DNA of 63,978 nucleotides, counting the filler, from an uncultured bacterium (GTDB lineage: Bacteria; CAYJRR01): the NCBI GenBank assembly GCA_964372275.1. It is 3 parts of 3 records of this genome, joined end to end, with 100 filler letters (N's around TTAATTAATTAA, not from the genome) between each part and the next. Parts side by side here need not be neighbours in the genome. Positions count along the whole stretch, not along the records: positions 30,642 to 60,933 come from CAYJRR010000052.1; positions 61,034 to 63,978 come from CAYJRR010000220.1; 1 more part is not named here. The stretch is one strand, 5' to 3'. Each line of letters starts with the position of its first letter. The first letter of the stretch is position 1. The notes beneath the pieces are model-generated. The model was not told the origin of the DNA. It searched no databases and worked only from the letters and a program-made list of their open reading frames with translations. Below, in pieces: positions 52,614-62,504 of the stretch. The translations under genes and the position numbers were made by a program.

Positions 52614-53405
52614 CTAGCGGCGAAGGCCGGCGACGCGACCCGACGCCGGGGCGGGCGCCTCGGAGGTCTCGATCTCGACCGGGAAGCGGGTTCTCGCCTC
52701 CTCGAGGAAGACCGGGAGGATCGTCGGATCCGAGAGCTTCTCGCTGCGGATGGTGTCGATCTCCCCCTCGATCGCCGTTTCGAGGAAGTAGGCGGCGTCG
52801 AAGGCGGAGAAGAACGAGGCCCCGCGCATCGCCTGGAGCGTCTCCTTCCCCTTGGCGACCACCCGCTCGCGCGCCAGCGCGCGGATCGACGCGACGTCCG
52901 AGGCCTTGAGGTCCTCCATCAGGACCATCTCCGAGAGCTTCTCGCGGAGGATCGGCTCCTTCTCGATGTAGGTCGCGAGTAGCGTCTTCTCCATCCGCGC
53001 GATCTCCGGCGCCGTCATCTGGAACTTCGTCGGGCGGTTCTCGGCGTAGGCGATCGGGTTGCTCATCGCGTTGAACTGGAAGATCCGGGAGCGGCGGACG
53101 ACCGCTTCCTTCGCCTGCTCGTAGGTGTCGAAGCTCTCCCCTTCGAAGCTGTAGGCGGTGGCTCGGATCCCGGCGATCAGGCGCCGGGTGATCTTCTCTT
53201 GCACCTTCTGGAGTTGCTCCTCTTGCATCCCCTGCGACTCGAGGAGCACGGCGATCGACTGCATCGCGTTGTCGCGCCGGAGGAACTCTTCGGCGGAGTC
53301 GTTGGCAAGCCGGTCGGCGTCCCTCCCGTCCAGCACGCGCGCGGCGGCGGGGGTCGCCATCGCGACCGCCATCAGCACCACCAGACCTTGGATCCGCCCC
53401 CGCAC
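52614..53405 (-). CDS. secreted hypothetical protein
   Basis: Signal peptide ending AAA; strong coding bias. Confidence 0.75.
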   Translation of the reverse strand: MRGRIQGLVVLMAVAMATPAAARVLDGRDADRLANDSAEEFLRRDNAMQSIAVLLESQGMQEEQLQKVQEKITRRLIAGIRATAYSFEGESFDTYEQAKEAVVRRSRIFQFNAMSNPIAYAENRPTKFQMTAPEIARMEKTLLATYIEKEPILREKLSEMVLMEDLKASDVASIRALARERVVAKGKETLQAMRGASFFSAFDAAYFLETAIEGEIDTIRSEKLSDPTILPVFLEEARTRFPVEIETSEAPAPASGRVAGLRR

Positions 53406-53418
53406 GCCCCCCTTTTAA

Positions 53419-53433
53419 GCAACCGCCGTGCCG
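53419..53433 (-). promoter_or_regulatory. sigma54-type motif CGGCACGGCGGTTGC
   Basis: GGCACG-N4-TTGC 13 nt upstream of GTG 53405. Confidence 0.65.
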
Positions 53434-53553
53434 CGCATTTGGCCATGAAAACAAAGGGAAAAACGAAAATTTGGCCGGTCCGGCGGACCCGCCTTTTTAC
53501 GTCTTGGGACGCCTTTGACCCACCCCGAGCCCTGTGACTATCCTCCCCGTCCG

Positions 53554-53898
53554 TTGGCCGACGATCGCCGCAAACCCCCCTCCCACCTCGACCCGGAGAT
53601 CCTGGCCGAGCCGTCGATCCGGGTCCTCTCGCCGGAGGAGCGACGGCTGCTGTTCGACCTTCCGGCGCCCGCTCCGGGGTCCCCATCGGTTGCCGGAGCG
53701 AAGAAGGCTCCGGCCGGCCCCGTCGGAACCGGAACCTTCCTCGAGTTGGGCGCGAGCGTGACGCCGTCGGCCGAGCCGCGGGTCGTCGCGCGTCTCCGGG
53801 TCGGCGGGGTCGGCGGTGTGCTCCTACGGCTTGCGGCGGCCGGGCTGGGGGTCGGGCTGCTCCTGTCGATGGGGTTGCGATACCTGTACCGCTACTAG
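53554..53898 (+). CDS. small protein with C-terminal TM helix
   Basis: TTGACC..TATCCT promoter at 53515-53544 implies a TTG start at 53554. Confidence 0.5.
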   Translation: MADDRRKPPSHLDPEILAEPSIRVLSPEERRLLFDLPAPAPGSPSVAGAKKAPAGPVGTGTFLELGASVTPSAEPRVVARLRVGGVGGVLLRLAAAGLGVGLLLSMGLRYLYRY

Positions 53899-53907
53899 GG
53901 AACCTCG

Positions 53908-55311
53908 ATGATCCAGTTCGGAACTTCCGGATGGCGGGACGTGCTCGGGGAAGGGTTCACCTTCGGCAACGTTCGCATCCTCACGCAGGCGATCGCCGAC
54001 CATCTTCTCGCCGGGGGCTCGACATCGAAGGGGCTGGTGGTGGCGAGCGACTACCGGTTCCTCGCCGACCGGCTGGTGACCGAGTGCTGCCGGGTGCTGG
54101 CGGCGAACGGGATCGTCGCGCACCGTCTCGGCGCGGCCCCGACGCCGGCGGTCGCCTTCTCGATCCTCGACCGCGGTCTCGACGGAGGGATCAACTTCAC
54201 CGCCAGCCACAATCCCCCCGAGTACAACGGCATGAAGTACTCCCCCTCGTGGGGAGGTCCGGCGCTCCCCGAGACCACGAAGGAGATCGAGGCGCGCGCC
54301 AACCGGCCGGGGGCCGAGGCGACGGTGCGGCGGATCCCCCTGGAGGAGGCGCGGGCGGCGGGGAAGATCGTCGATCTCGACACCAAGGCCGACTACCTCG
54401 CGCGCCTGGAGTCGTTGATCGACTTCGACGCGCTCAAGCAGCTTCGCCTCGTCTACGACCCGCTCTACGGCTCGGGGCGCGGCTGGCTCGACGGGGTTCT
54501 GGCGCGCAACGGAATCGTCTCCGAGACGCTCCACGACCTTCACGACCCGAACTTCGGCGGCACCAGCCCCGATCCGTCGGAGCGGCGCCTGTCGGAGTTG
54601 GCGATGCGGGTGAAGACGACCGGCGCCCATCTCGGGCTCGCCACCGACGGCGATGCCGACCGGTTCGGCATCGTCGACCAGGACGGGACGTTCGTGCTTC
54701 CCAACTACCTCCTCGCCCTCGCGTTCGACTACCTGGTCGCCGACCGTGGCTTCCAGGGGGGCGCGGCACGCACCGTCTCCACGACACACCTGATCGACCT
54801 CGTCGGGAAACACCACGGCCGCGAGGTGATCGAGACGCCGGTCGGCTTCAAGTACATCGGGAAGGCGATCGCCGAGGGGCGAGTGGCGATCGGCGGCGAG
54901 GAGAGTGCAGGGATGTCGATCCGCGGTCACGTTCCGGAGAAGGACGGGATCCTGGCGGCGCTGCTCGCCGCCGAGATCCGCGCCCGCCGCGGGAAGCCGC
55001 TGATGCAGCTGGTCCGGGAGCTCTGGGAGCGCGTGGGGAAGGTCGTCTCGGGACGGGTCAACGTCGCCTACGACCCGGAGCGGCGCGACCAGGTGGCCGC
55101 GCGCGTGAAGAGCGGCCCGAAGGAGTTCGCCGGACGGAAGGTCGTGCGGGTGGAGGAGTGCGACGGAGTGAAGCTGATACTCGACGGGGGCGCGTGGTTC
55201 CTGGTGCGTCTGTCCGGGACGGAGCCGGTGATGCGCTTCTACGCGGAGAGCCGCGACGAGGCCGACCTCGACCGTCTGATCTCCGAGGGGAAGCGGCTCA
55301 TCCTCGGATGA
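53908..55311 (+). CDS. phosphoglucomutase/phosphomannomutase
   Basis: FGTSG.R, TASHNP, DGDADR, GEESAG and R.SGTEP. Confidence 0.95.
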   Translation: MIQFGTSGWRDVLGEGFTFGNVRILTQAIADHLLAGGSTSKGLVVASDYRFLADRLVTECCRVLAANGIVAHRLGAAPTPAVAFSILDRGLDGGINFTASHNPPEYNGMKYSPSWGGPALPETTKEIEARANRPGAEATVRRIPLEEARAAGKIVDLDTKADYLARLESLIDFDALKQLRLVYDPLYGSGRGWLDGVLARNGIVSETLHDLHDPNFGGTSPDPSERRLSELAMRVKTTGAHLGLATDGDADRFGIVDQDGTFVLPNYLLALAFDYLVADRGFQGGAARTVSTTHLIDLVGKHHGREVIETPVGFKYIGKAIAEGRVAIGGEESAGMSIRGHVPEKDGILAALLAAEIRARRGKPLMQLVRELWERVGKVVSGRVNVAYDPERRDQVAARVKSGPKEFAGRKVVRVEECDGVKLILDGGAWFLVRLSGTEPVMRFYAESRDEADLDRLISEGKRLILG

Positions 55312-56621
55312 CGCGCCTTCGGGGAAAGCGGATCGTGGTCGGAGTGTCCGGCGGCATCGCCGCCTACAAGGCGCCAGAGCTGGTGCGCGCGCTGGTCAAG
55401 CGGGGCGCGCGCGTCGACGTGGTGATGTCCGCCAACGCCTCGCAGTTCGTGGCGCCGTTGTCGCTCCAGACCGTCTCCCGCAATCCGGTGCTGTCGGACG
55501 TCTTCGATCGGCACGGACGCGCGGAGGTCCGGCACATCTCGATCGCCGACGCCGCCGACGCGGCGGTGCTCGCCCCGGCGACGGCAAACGTGCTGGGGAA
55601 GCTGGCGAGCGGGATCGCCGACGACGCGCTGACGACGGTGATGCTCGCCGTTCGCGCGCCCGTGGTCCTCGCCCCGGCGATGAATGCCCAGATGTGGGCG
55701 CATCCGGCCACGGCCTCGGCGGTGGCGCGCCTGCGCGAATGGGGCTACCGGTTCGTCGGTCCGGAGGAGGGGTTCCTCGCGGAGGGGTACTCCGGGATCG
55801 GTCGGATGATGGAGCCGGAGCGGATCGCCGACGCCGTCGAAGCGGCGGTCGGGCGGGGCGGCATCCGGCGCGCGCGCGGAGCCGGGCGCGACAACGGGCC
55901 GCGTGGGCCGGCCACGCGCCGTGGTCCTCGCCCTGGCCCGCTGGCCGGCGTGCGGGTGCTGGTGAACGCCGGGCCGACCCGCGAGCCGCTCGACGCCGTT
56001 CGTTTCCTCTCCAACCCGTCGACGGGACGGATGGGCTTCGCTTTGGCCGCCGAGGCGCGCGCGCGCGGAGCGATCGTGACGGTGATCGCCGGTCCGACCG
56101 AGCTCGAGCCCCCCGCCGGGGTGGAGGTCGTCCGGGTCACGACCGCCGAGGAGATGCTGCGGGCCTGCCGGCGCGCCTTTCGCCCGGCCCGGATCTTCGT
56201 CGCCACCGCCGCCGTGTCGGACTTCCGCGCGAGGCGGATCGTGGCGGGCAAGGTGAAGAAGGAGCGCGCATCGCTGACGCTGGAGGTGGAGCGAACCCCC
56301 GACGTGCTGGCCACGCTCGCCGCCGCGAAGGGGGATCGCTTCGTCGTCGGGTTCGCGGCCGAGACCGAGGACGTCATCGCCCACGCGCGGGAGAAGCTCC
56401 GGCGCAAGAAGCTCGACCTGGTGGTGGCCAACGACGTCGGCCGCCCGGGCCGCGGGTTCGCCGCGGCGGAGAACCTCGTGCACCTCGTCGCGCCGCGCGG
56501 ACCGGTCGTCGACGTCGGTCCCGCCCCGAAAGAGGAGATTGCGGCGGCGATCTGGGACCGGATCGTCCGGGATTGGCGCGGCGGCGGGCGCCGGTCGCGC
56601 GCCCGCGTCAGGGGCAGGTGA
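55308..56621 (+). CDS. coaBC: bifunctional phosphopantothenoylcysteine decarboxylase/synthetase
   Basis: GGIAAYK, APATAN, PAMN, AGPTRE..D.VRF.SN.STG.MG and GFAAET. Confidence 0.96.
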   Translation: MTRLRGKRIVVGVSGGIAAYKAPELVRALVKRGARVDVVMSANASQFVAPLSLQTVSRNPVLSDVFDRHGRAEVRHISIADAADAAVLAPATANVLGKLASGIADDALTTVMLAVRAPVVLAPAMNAQMWAHPATASAVARLREWGYRFVGPEEGFLAEGYSGIGRMMEPERIADAVEAAVGRGGIRRARGAGRDNGPRGPATRRGPRPGPLAGVRVLVNAGPTREPLDAVRFLSNPSTGRMGFALAAEARARGAIVTVIAGPTELEPPAGVEVVRVTTAEEMLRACRRAFRPARIFVATAAVSDFRARRIVAGKVKKERASLTLEVERTPDVLATLAAAKGDRFVVGFAAETEDVIAHAREKLRRKKLDLVVANDVGRPGRGFAAAENLVHLVAPRGPVVDVGPAPKEEIAAAIWDRIVRDWRGGGRRSRARVRGR

Positions 56622-57099
56622 CCTGGTCGTCGACCCTCACGTCGCCGATCTCGGCGTAGAGGTACTTCAGGGCGAGGTCGGCGTTGTTGTAGACCTGTTC
56701 GGTATCGCAGTCGGAGACACACCAGTAGACCGCCTGGGTAACGGTCCAGGAGATCGATTCTGGGGCGCCTTCGCCGCGCACACAGTCGGTGTTGTTCGCC
56801 CCTTCCCCATTGTCATTTCCCACCACGGTCCACCCATCGCAGTCGAAAGTGACGGCGGTCTCCCCGCCGTTGGAGATCCCGAAGTGGAACTCCGACCCGA
56901 CGGAGCCCGACGCCGTTCCGGTCGCGACGACCTCACCGATCCGGTAGGCCGTATTGGATTCGGTCACCGAGCAATTCGCCGACTGGATCTCGACGCTTCC
57001 CGACGCGCCGTCGTCGTCATCGGAGCCGGAACCGCCCGAGCAGCCAAGGATCAAGAGAGCGATCACCAGACCTTCGCGGGGCCGACTCGTCGACGTCAT
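56608..57099 (-). CDS. small Cys-rich hypothetical lipoprotein
   Basis: Lipobox LGC; six further Cys; visibly more A/T-rich codons. Confidence 0.7.
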   Translation of the reverse strand: MTSTSRPREGLVIALLILGCSGGSGSDDDDGASGSVEIQSANCSVTESNTAYRIGEVVATGTASGSVGSEFHFGISNGGETAVTFDCDGWTVVGNDNGEGANNTDCVRGEGAPESISWTVTQAVYWCVSDCDTEQVYNNADLALKYLYAEIGDVRVDDQVTCP

Positions 57100-57142
57100 G
57101 GTTTTCCTGTATCACGTCTCGGTACCTAGCGGGTACTGCACG

Positions 57143-58072
57143 CTAGGCGCCGGCGGCGTTGAGCTCGACGACGAGGTCGGCCTCGCGTCGCACGTGCAGG
57201 CCTTCGCGAAGCGCGCGGCCGACCCGGTGCGCGATCGCGTCGGCTTCGAACGCGTCGAGCTTCCCGGCGGCGATGTTCCGCCGCAGCCGCGCTCCGATCT
57301 CCCAACAGCGATCGAGGTTTCCGTTCCCCGTGGGATCCGCGAGATAGGTGGCCGACTCGCGGAAGTCGACCAGGAAGGCGGAAATCGCGCCGATGGCCAG
57401 TTCGCGGATCTCCTCCCGCTCGTGGACGGGAAACGGCGTCACGCTCCGAGCGGCGTGGGCCCGCATCAGCTCGCGCCACCGGTCGACGCGCCGGGTGAGC
57501 GCGAGGAAGCCGCGGTAGACCTGACGATTCGCGGAGACGGAGAGGATCGTCGCCTGGAGACCGTGCTCCAGCAGCCGGTCGTGTCCGTCGAAGCGATGCG
57601 TGCCGAGCTCGCGCGACGCTTCCCAGACCGACTCGGGAAGGAAGGAGTCGTAGCGGAGCTCCCAGTAGGCGTGGCCGGTGGTGATGCTGCGGTAGCTGTC
57701 GACGCGCTTCTTGGGGACGAAGTAGTTGTGGGCGACGGTATCGGCGGCGAGATGCGAGAGGTAGCCGTGGACGAAGGCGCGGCCGGCGTCGTCCTCGCAG
57801 AGGTCGAACAGCCGGATCGCGACCTCCCAGTTGTGCACGTGCCGCTGCTCGTCGGCGAGGTTCTTGGCGAGGACGGTGTCGGCGGCGAGGTTGCCGTAGA
57901 GGTAGTCCTTCGGGTGCCGCTTCAGCAGCGCGCGCAGCGCCGGCGTGAGCAGCGCCAGGTTGCCGAGGATGGCGAGGCCGAAGTCGACGTGGGCGCCGGA
58001 GCCCCAGGCCCACGCGATCGACGGAAATCCGAGGAGAGTGGTCACGAGGACCGACAGAACGGCGACCACCAT
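57143..58072 (-). CDS. zinc-dependent phospholipase C family protein
   Basis: AWA/WG.G.H mature N-terminus, G...[13 protein letters not shown] and H..WE. Confidence 0.85.
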   Translation of the reverse strand: MVVAVLSVLVTTLLGFPSIAWAWGSGAHVDFGLAILGNLALLTPALRALLKRHPKDYLYGNLAADTVLAKNLADEQRHVHNWEVAIRLFDLCEDDAGRAFVHGYLSHLAADTVAHNYFVPKKRVDSYRSITTGHAYWELRYDSFLPESVWEASRELGTHRFDGHDRLLEHGLQATILSVSANRQVYRGFLALTRRVDRWRELMRAHAARSVTPFPVHEREEIRELAIGAISAFLVDFRESATYLADPTGNGNLDRCWEIGARLRRNIAAGKLDAFEADAIAHRVGRALREGLHVRREADLVVELNAAGA

Positions 58073-58115
58073 CGACCTCGATTATAGCAGCCGGTTGGAG
58101 TATGGATGGGACGCC

Positions 58116-58910
58116 GTGAAGGGGTCCGCGATCGCTGTGGCGGCGGCATTGGAGGCACACCTGCGCCACCGCGCACGGACGGGCGTCCGCTGGGCCCGCG
58201 CCGGATCGCTTCCGGTGATCGAGGCGGTCGATGCCCGCGAATCCGCTCCGGAAGCAGATCCGGGCGAATCCGCCCGCGAAACGCTGTCACAGATCCGCGA
58301 CGAGATGGGCGACTGCTCGCGGTGCAAGCTCGCCGCGGGCCGCCGCAACCTCGTCTTCGGGGTCGGCAATCCCGACGCGGCACTGATGTTCGTCGGAGAA
58401 GGTCCCGGGGAGGACGAGGACCGCCAGGGGGAGCCGTTCGTCGGCAAGGCGGGTCAGCTGCTGACGCGGATCATCGAAGCGATCGGACTGGCACGTGACG
58501 ACGTGTACATCGCCAACGTGGTGAAGAGCCGCCCGCCCGGGAATCGCAACCCGGAGCCCGACGAGATCGCCGCCTGCCTGCCGTTCCTCGAGCGCCAGAT
58601 CCAGGCGGTGCGCCCGGCGGTGCTGGTCGGGCTGGGAAACATCGCCGTGAAGTCGTTGCTGCGCACCACGCGCGGGATCATGAGCTTGCGAGGGAATTGG
58701 CAGGAGTACCGGGGGATTCCGTTCATGCCGACGTTCCATCCCGCCTACCTGCTGCGCACGCCGGGGGACAAGCGGCTGGTCTGGGAGGACATGCTGCAGG
58801 TCGCCGAGCGTCTGAACGCGGCGGCCAAGCCGGGGCAGAAGCCTGCCTCGCCGAAGCGCGGGCCGGCCGGCGCGGACGCCGCTCCCGGACGTGATGGGGG
58901 GAACCCGTGA
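58116..58910 (+). CDS. uracil-DNA glycosylase family 4
   Basis: CSRCKL, GEGPG..ED..G.PFVG and HPAYLLR. Confidence 0.93.
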   Translation: MKGSAIAVAAALEAHLRHRARTGVRWARAGSLPVIEAVDARESAPEADPGESARETLSQIRDEMGDCSRCKLAAGRRNLVFGVGNPDAALMFVGEGPGEDEDRQGEPFVGKAGQLLTRIIEAIGLARDDVYIANVVKSRPPGNRNPEPDEIAACLPFLERQIQAVRPAVLVGLGNIAVKSLLRTTRGIMSLRGNWQEYRGIPFMPTFHPAYLLRTPGDKRLVWEDMLQVAERLNAAAKPGQKPASPKRGPAGADAAPGRDGGNP

Positions 58911-60319
58911 TCCTCGCCGCGCTTGCCGCCGCGGCGATAGCCGCCGCCCCGCCCGGGTCGACGGCGCGCGCGGGAGACGTGCACTGGCTGGAGGTGAGCG
59001 GCACGATCACCGCCGGTACGGCCGACTACGTGAAGCGAGGCGTCTCCGACGCCGCCGCCGCCGGAGCGACCGCGTTGGTGATCGAGCTCCGGACGCCGGG
59101 CGGCGTGGTCGACGCGACGCGCGACATCGTGATGGCCGAGCTGAACAGTCCGGTGCCGGTCGTCGTCTGGGTTGCCCCCCGCGGCGCCCAAGCGGCGAGC
59201 GCCGGCACCTTCATCCTGCTCGCCGCCAACGTCGCGGCGATGGCGCCCGCGGCCAATACCGGCGCCGCCCATCCGATCGGGATCGGCGCTCCCGACTTCC
59301 TCCCGTCGCCGGAGCGCGAGACTCCGGTCCCATCGCCGACCCCCCGCGAGCATAGACAGGAGACGCCGCCGGCCTCTCCGCCGTCGAAGGAGGGAGGGCT
59401 GCCGTTCCGTTTCCGATCCGACCAGGAGCATCTGGCGCAGAAGATCGAGAACGACACCCTCGCGTGGGTGGAGGCGATCGCCCGCCAGCGCGGGCGCAAC
59501 GTCGACTGGGCGCGACGCGCGGTGCTGGAGAGCGCGTCGGTTACGGCCGAGCGCGCGCTCGAGATCGGTGTGATCGACCTGATCGCGGCGGACCGCGAAG
59601 AGCTGTTGCGGAAGCTCGACGGTCGCGTGGTCGCGACCGCCGCCGGCGATCGGACGATCGCGACGGGATCGGCGGCGGTGGTGGCGCGGCCGATGAAATG
59701 GCGCGAGCGCGTCTTCTCGTTCGTCGCCGATCCGACGCTGCTCGCCATCCTGGGGACGATCGTCGTGCTGGGGATCTGGGTCGAGCTCAACAACCCCGGG
59801 ATGGTCTTCCCGGCGGTCGCCGCCGGAATCGCGCTCCTGCTCGTGCTCGTCGGATCGAGGGTCGTTCCGATCAACGCCGGCGGGATGGTCCTGATCGCCG
59901 GCGGGGTCCTGATGCTGATCCTGGAGGTGAAGGTGACGAGCTACGGGCTCCTCACCATCGGAGGGATCGGGGCGATCCTGCTGGGGCTCACGATCCTGGT
60001 CGACGAGACGACCTTCACCGTGCCGATCGCGTGGTCGGTGGTGCTGCCGGCGCTCGCGACGCTGATCGGGGTGACGGTCTTCCTCACCTGGGCGGCGGTG
60101 CGCGCCATGGCCGAGACGCCGCGAGGCGACATGCGCGCCCTCTACGGCCGGACCGCGCGTACCTTGACGGCGCTTTCGCCGGAGGGCTCGGTGCTGATCG
60201 ACGGCGAGCGCTGGCACGCGGTAGCCGACGCGCCGATCGCCGCCGACCAGCCGGTTCGGGTCGTCGCGTCGGAGGGTCTGACGTTGAAGGTGGCCTCGGA
60301 GAAGAAGGAAACGTCCTAG
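58907..60319 (+). CDS. nfeD: NfeD family membrane-bound serine protease
   Basis: TPGG, AASAG, GAAHP, TM region and C-terminal GERW.A OB fold. Confidence 0.92.
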   Translation: MILAALAAAAIAAAPPGSTARAGDVHWLEVSGTITAGTADYVKRGVSDAAAAGATALVIELRTPGGVVDATRDIVMAELNSPVPVVVWVAPRGAQAASAGTFILLAANVAAMAPAANTGAAHPIGIGAPDFLPSPERETPVPSPTPREHRQETPPASPPSKEGGLPFRFRSDQEHLAQKIENDTLAWVEAIARQRGRNVDWARRAVLESASVTAERALEIGVIDLIAADREELLRKLDGRVVATAAGDRTIATGSAAVVARPMKWRERVFSFVADPTLLAILGTIVVLGIWVELNNPGMVFPAVAAGIALLLVLVGSRVVPINAGGMVLIAGGVLMLILEVKVTSYGLLTIGGIGAILLGLTILVDETTFTVPIAWSVVLPALATLIGVTVFLTWAAVRAMAETPRGDMRALYGRTARTLTALSPEGSVLIDGERWHAVADAPIAADQPVRVVASEGLTLKVASEKKETS

Positions 60320-60331
60320 GAGGAGGGTCCC

Positions 60332-60933
60332 GTGGAATTCTTGCTGAACCTGTTCGGTCCGATGCTGATTCCCGCCGCGATCGTCTTCTTCGTGATCGTT
60401 TCGAGCATCAAGATCCTCTCCGAGTACGAGCGGGCGGTGGTCTTCCGTCTCGGGCGCGTCCTCGGCGCGAAGGAGGGGACCGGCAAGGGACCGGGGATCA
60501 TCATCGTCCTTCCGGTGATCGACCGCATGGTGCGCATCTCCACCCGGACGATCACCATGGATGTGCCTCCGCAGGACGTCATCACCAAGGACAACATCTC
60601 GGTGAAGGTGAATGCCGTCGTCTACTTCCGGGTGGTCAAGCCGGTCGACGCGGTGGTCAACGTCGACAACTACCTCTACGCCACCAGCCAGCTCGCCCAG
60701 ACGACCCTGCGGGCGGTGCTGGGGCAAGTCGAGTTCGACGACCTCCTCTCCGAGCGCGAGAAGATCAACGCCCATCTCCAGGAGATCCTCGACAAGCACA
60801 CCGATCCCTGGGGGGTGAAGGTGACGATGGTCGAGGTGAAGCACATCGACCTGCCGGAGGGGATGCAGCGCGCGATGGCCAAGCAGGCGGAGGCCGAGCG
60901 CGAGCGGCGCGCGAAGGTGATCGGCGCCGACGG
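60332..60933 (+). CDS. SPFH/stomatin (slipin) protein, 3'-truncated
   Basis: [20 protein letters not shown] and [11 protein letters not shown]; follows nfeD. Confidence 0.95.
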
Positions 60934-61033
60934 NNNNNNNNNNNNNNNNNNNNNNNNNNNNNNNNNNNNNNNNNNNNTTAATTAATTAANNNNNNNNNNN
61001 NNNNNNNNNNNNNNNNNNNNNNNNNNNNNNNNN
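60934..61033. other. artificial contig linker
   Basis: N-run, TTAATTAATTAA, N-run. Confidence 0.98.
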
Positions 61034-61400
61034 CGGTGTAACGGTAGGCGGCCGGCGGGTCGCCGTCGACCGAGCCGAAGTTCCCCTGCCCGTCGACGAG
61101 CAGGTAGCGCATGTTCCACTCCTGCGCGAGCCGGACCAGCGCGTCGTAGACCGAGGAGTCGCCGTGCGGGTGGTACTTCTTCAGAACCTCGCCGACGACG
61201 CCGGCGCACTTGGAGTATCGCTTCGAGGGGAGCAGCCCCTCGCGGAACATGGCGTAGAGGATCCGGCGATGGACCGGCTTGAGGCCGTCGCGCGCGTCCG
61301 GCAACGCGCGAGAGACGATGACCGACATCGCGTAGTCGAGGAACGACGTCCGGACTTCGTCTTCGATGTTGACCGGGATCGGTCGCGCGTTCTCCGCCAT
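61034..61400 (-). CDS. gyrA: DNA gyrase subunit A, N-terminal fragment
   Basis: [29 protein letters not shown] and AAYRYT. Confidence 0.95.
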
Positions 61401-61576
61401 CGCCTCGCACCCTCCGCGGCCGCCGCCCGAAAAGCCGGCTTAACCGCGCGAAAGAGAAGCGTTTTTCTACCAAACGAAGGGGCCTCCCGCAAGGGAAAAC
61501 CCCCCCACCAACCGCTCGGAATTGAAGGCGAATCTTGCGCCGGAAGGCGGTCTGCCCCAAGGGGGTTGTCGGGATC

Positions 61577-62464
61577 GTGATCGCGTCGGGATTCGCCTTG
61601 CCGGTCGTTCGGGCGCTCGTGCTCCTGGCGTCGGGTCCGGCGCCCGCCGTCGCCGTCGAAGCGGTGTCGGCTCCCGTCGCACCCTGGGAGGCGCTCGAGC
61701 CCGGCCTCGAGCTCGGCGTCTTCCGCGGGCCGCCGGCCGACATCGGCGACCGCTCGATCCACGTGCTGCGGATCGATCCGGAACGCTTCTCGCTCGCGCT
61801 GCTCAACGCCTCCGCCACCGCGGACGGGCGCACCCGGACGGCGCGCGAGTGGGTCGCACACGCTTCGGCGTCGGGAAAGGAGGCCGTGGCCGCGATCAAC
61901 GCCAGCATGTACGACGTCGACCACCGCACGAGCGTGGCGCTGATGCGCACGGTCGATCACGTCAACAACGGCCGCCTGACCAAGGACAACGCGGTGCTGG
62001 CGTTCGATCCAGTGAAGCCCGGGGTTCCGGCGGTGAGGCTGCTCGACCGGGCCTGCGGCGAGTACGAGGCGGCGAGGGCTTCGTACGGTTCGCTGGTGCA
62101 GAACATCCGGATGGTCTCCTGCGACGGAACGAACACCTGGGCGCCGCAGGCGAAGATCTGGAGTACGGCGGCCGTCGGCGTCGACCGGCAGGGGCGCGTG
62201 CTGTTCATCCATGCCCGCACGCCGTGGAGGGTGCACGACCTGGTGAACGCTCTGCTCGCGCTTCCGATCGATCTACGAAACGCCATGTACGTCGAAGGCG
62301 GCCCCGAGGCGCAGCTGTACGTGAAGGCGGGCGGCCGCGAGCTCGAGCGGATCGGGAGCTTCGAGACCGGCTTCCACGAGGCCGACGACGTCTTCGAGGC
62401 CTGGCCGGTCCCGAACGTCCTGGCCGTCGTCCGGAGGCCATCGTCGTTCGAGTCTCCCCGATGA
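61577..62464 (+). CDS. phosphodiester glycosidase (NAGPA-like) family protein
   Basis: LRIDP..F, AAINASMY, TAAVG.D..G and AMY.EGG; start uncertain. Confidence 0.75.
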   Translation: MIASGFALPVVRALVLLASGPAPAVAVEAVSAPVAPWEALEPGLELGVFRGPPADIGDRSIHVLRIDPERFSLALLNASATADGRTRTAREWVAHASASGKEAVAAINASMYDVDHRTSVALMRTVDHVNNGRLTKDNAVLAFDPVKPGVPAVRLLDRACGEYEAARASYGSLVQNIRMVSCDGTNTWAPQAKIWSTAAVGVDRQGRVLFIHARTPWRVHDLVNALLALPIDLRNAMYVEGGPEAQLYVKAGGRELERIGSFETGFHEADDVFEAWPVPNVLAVVRRPSSFESPR

Positions 62465-62504
62465 CCGGCGGGCGGCTCTCTCCGCCTACGAGCGCGACGC
62501 GGAA

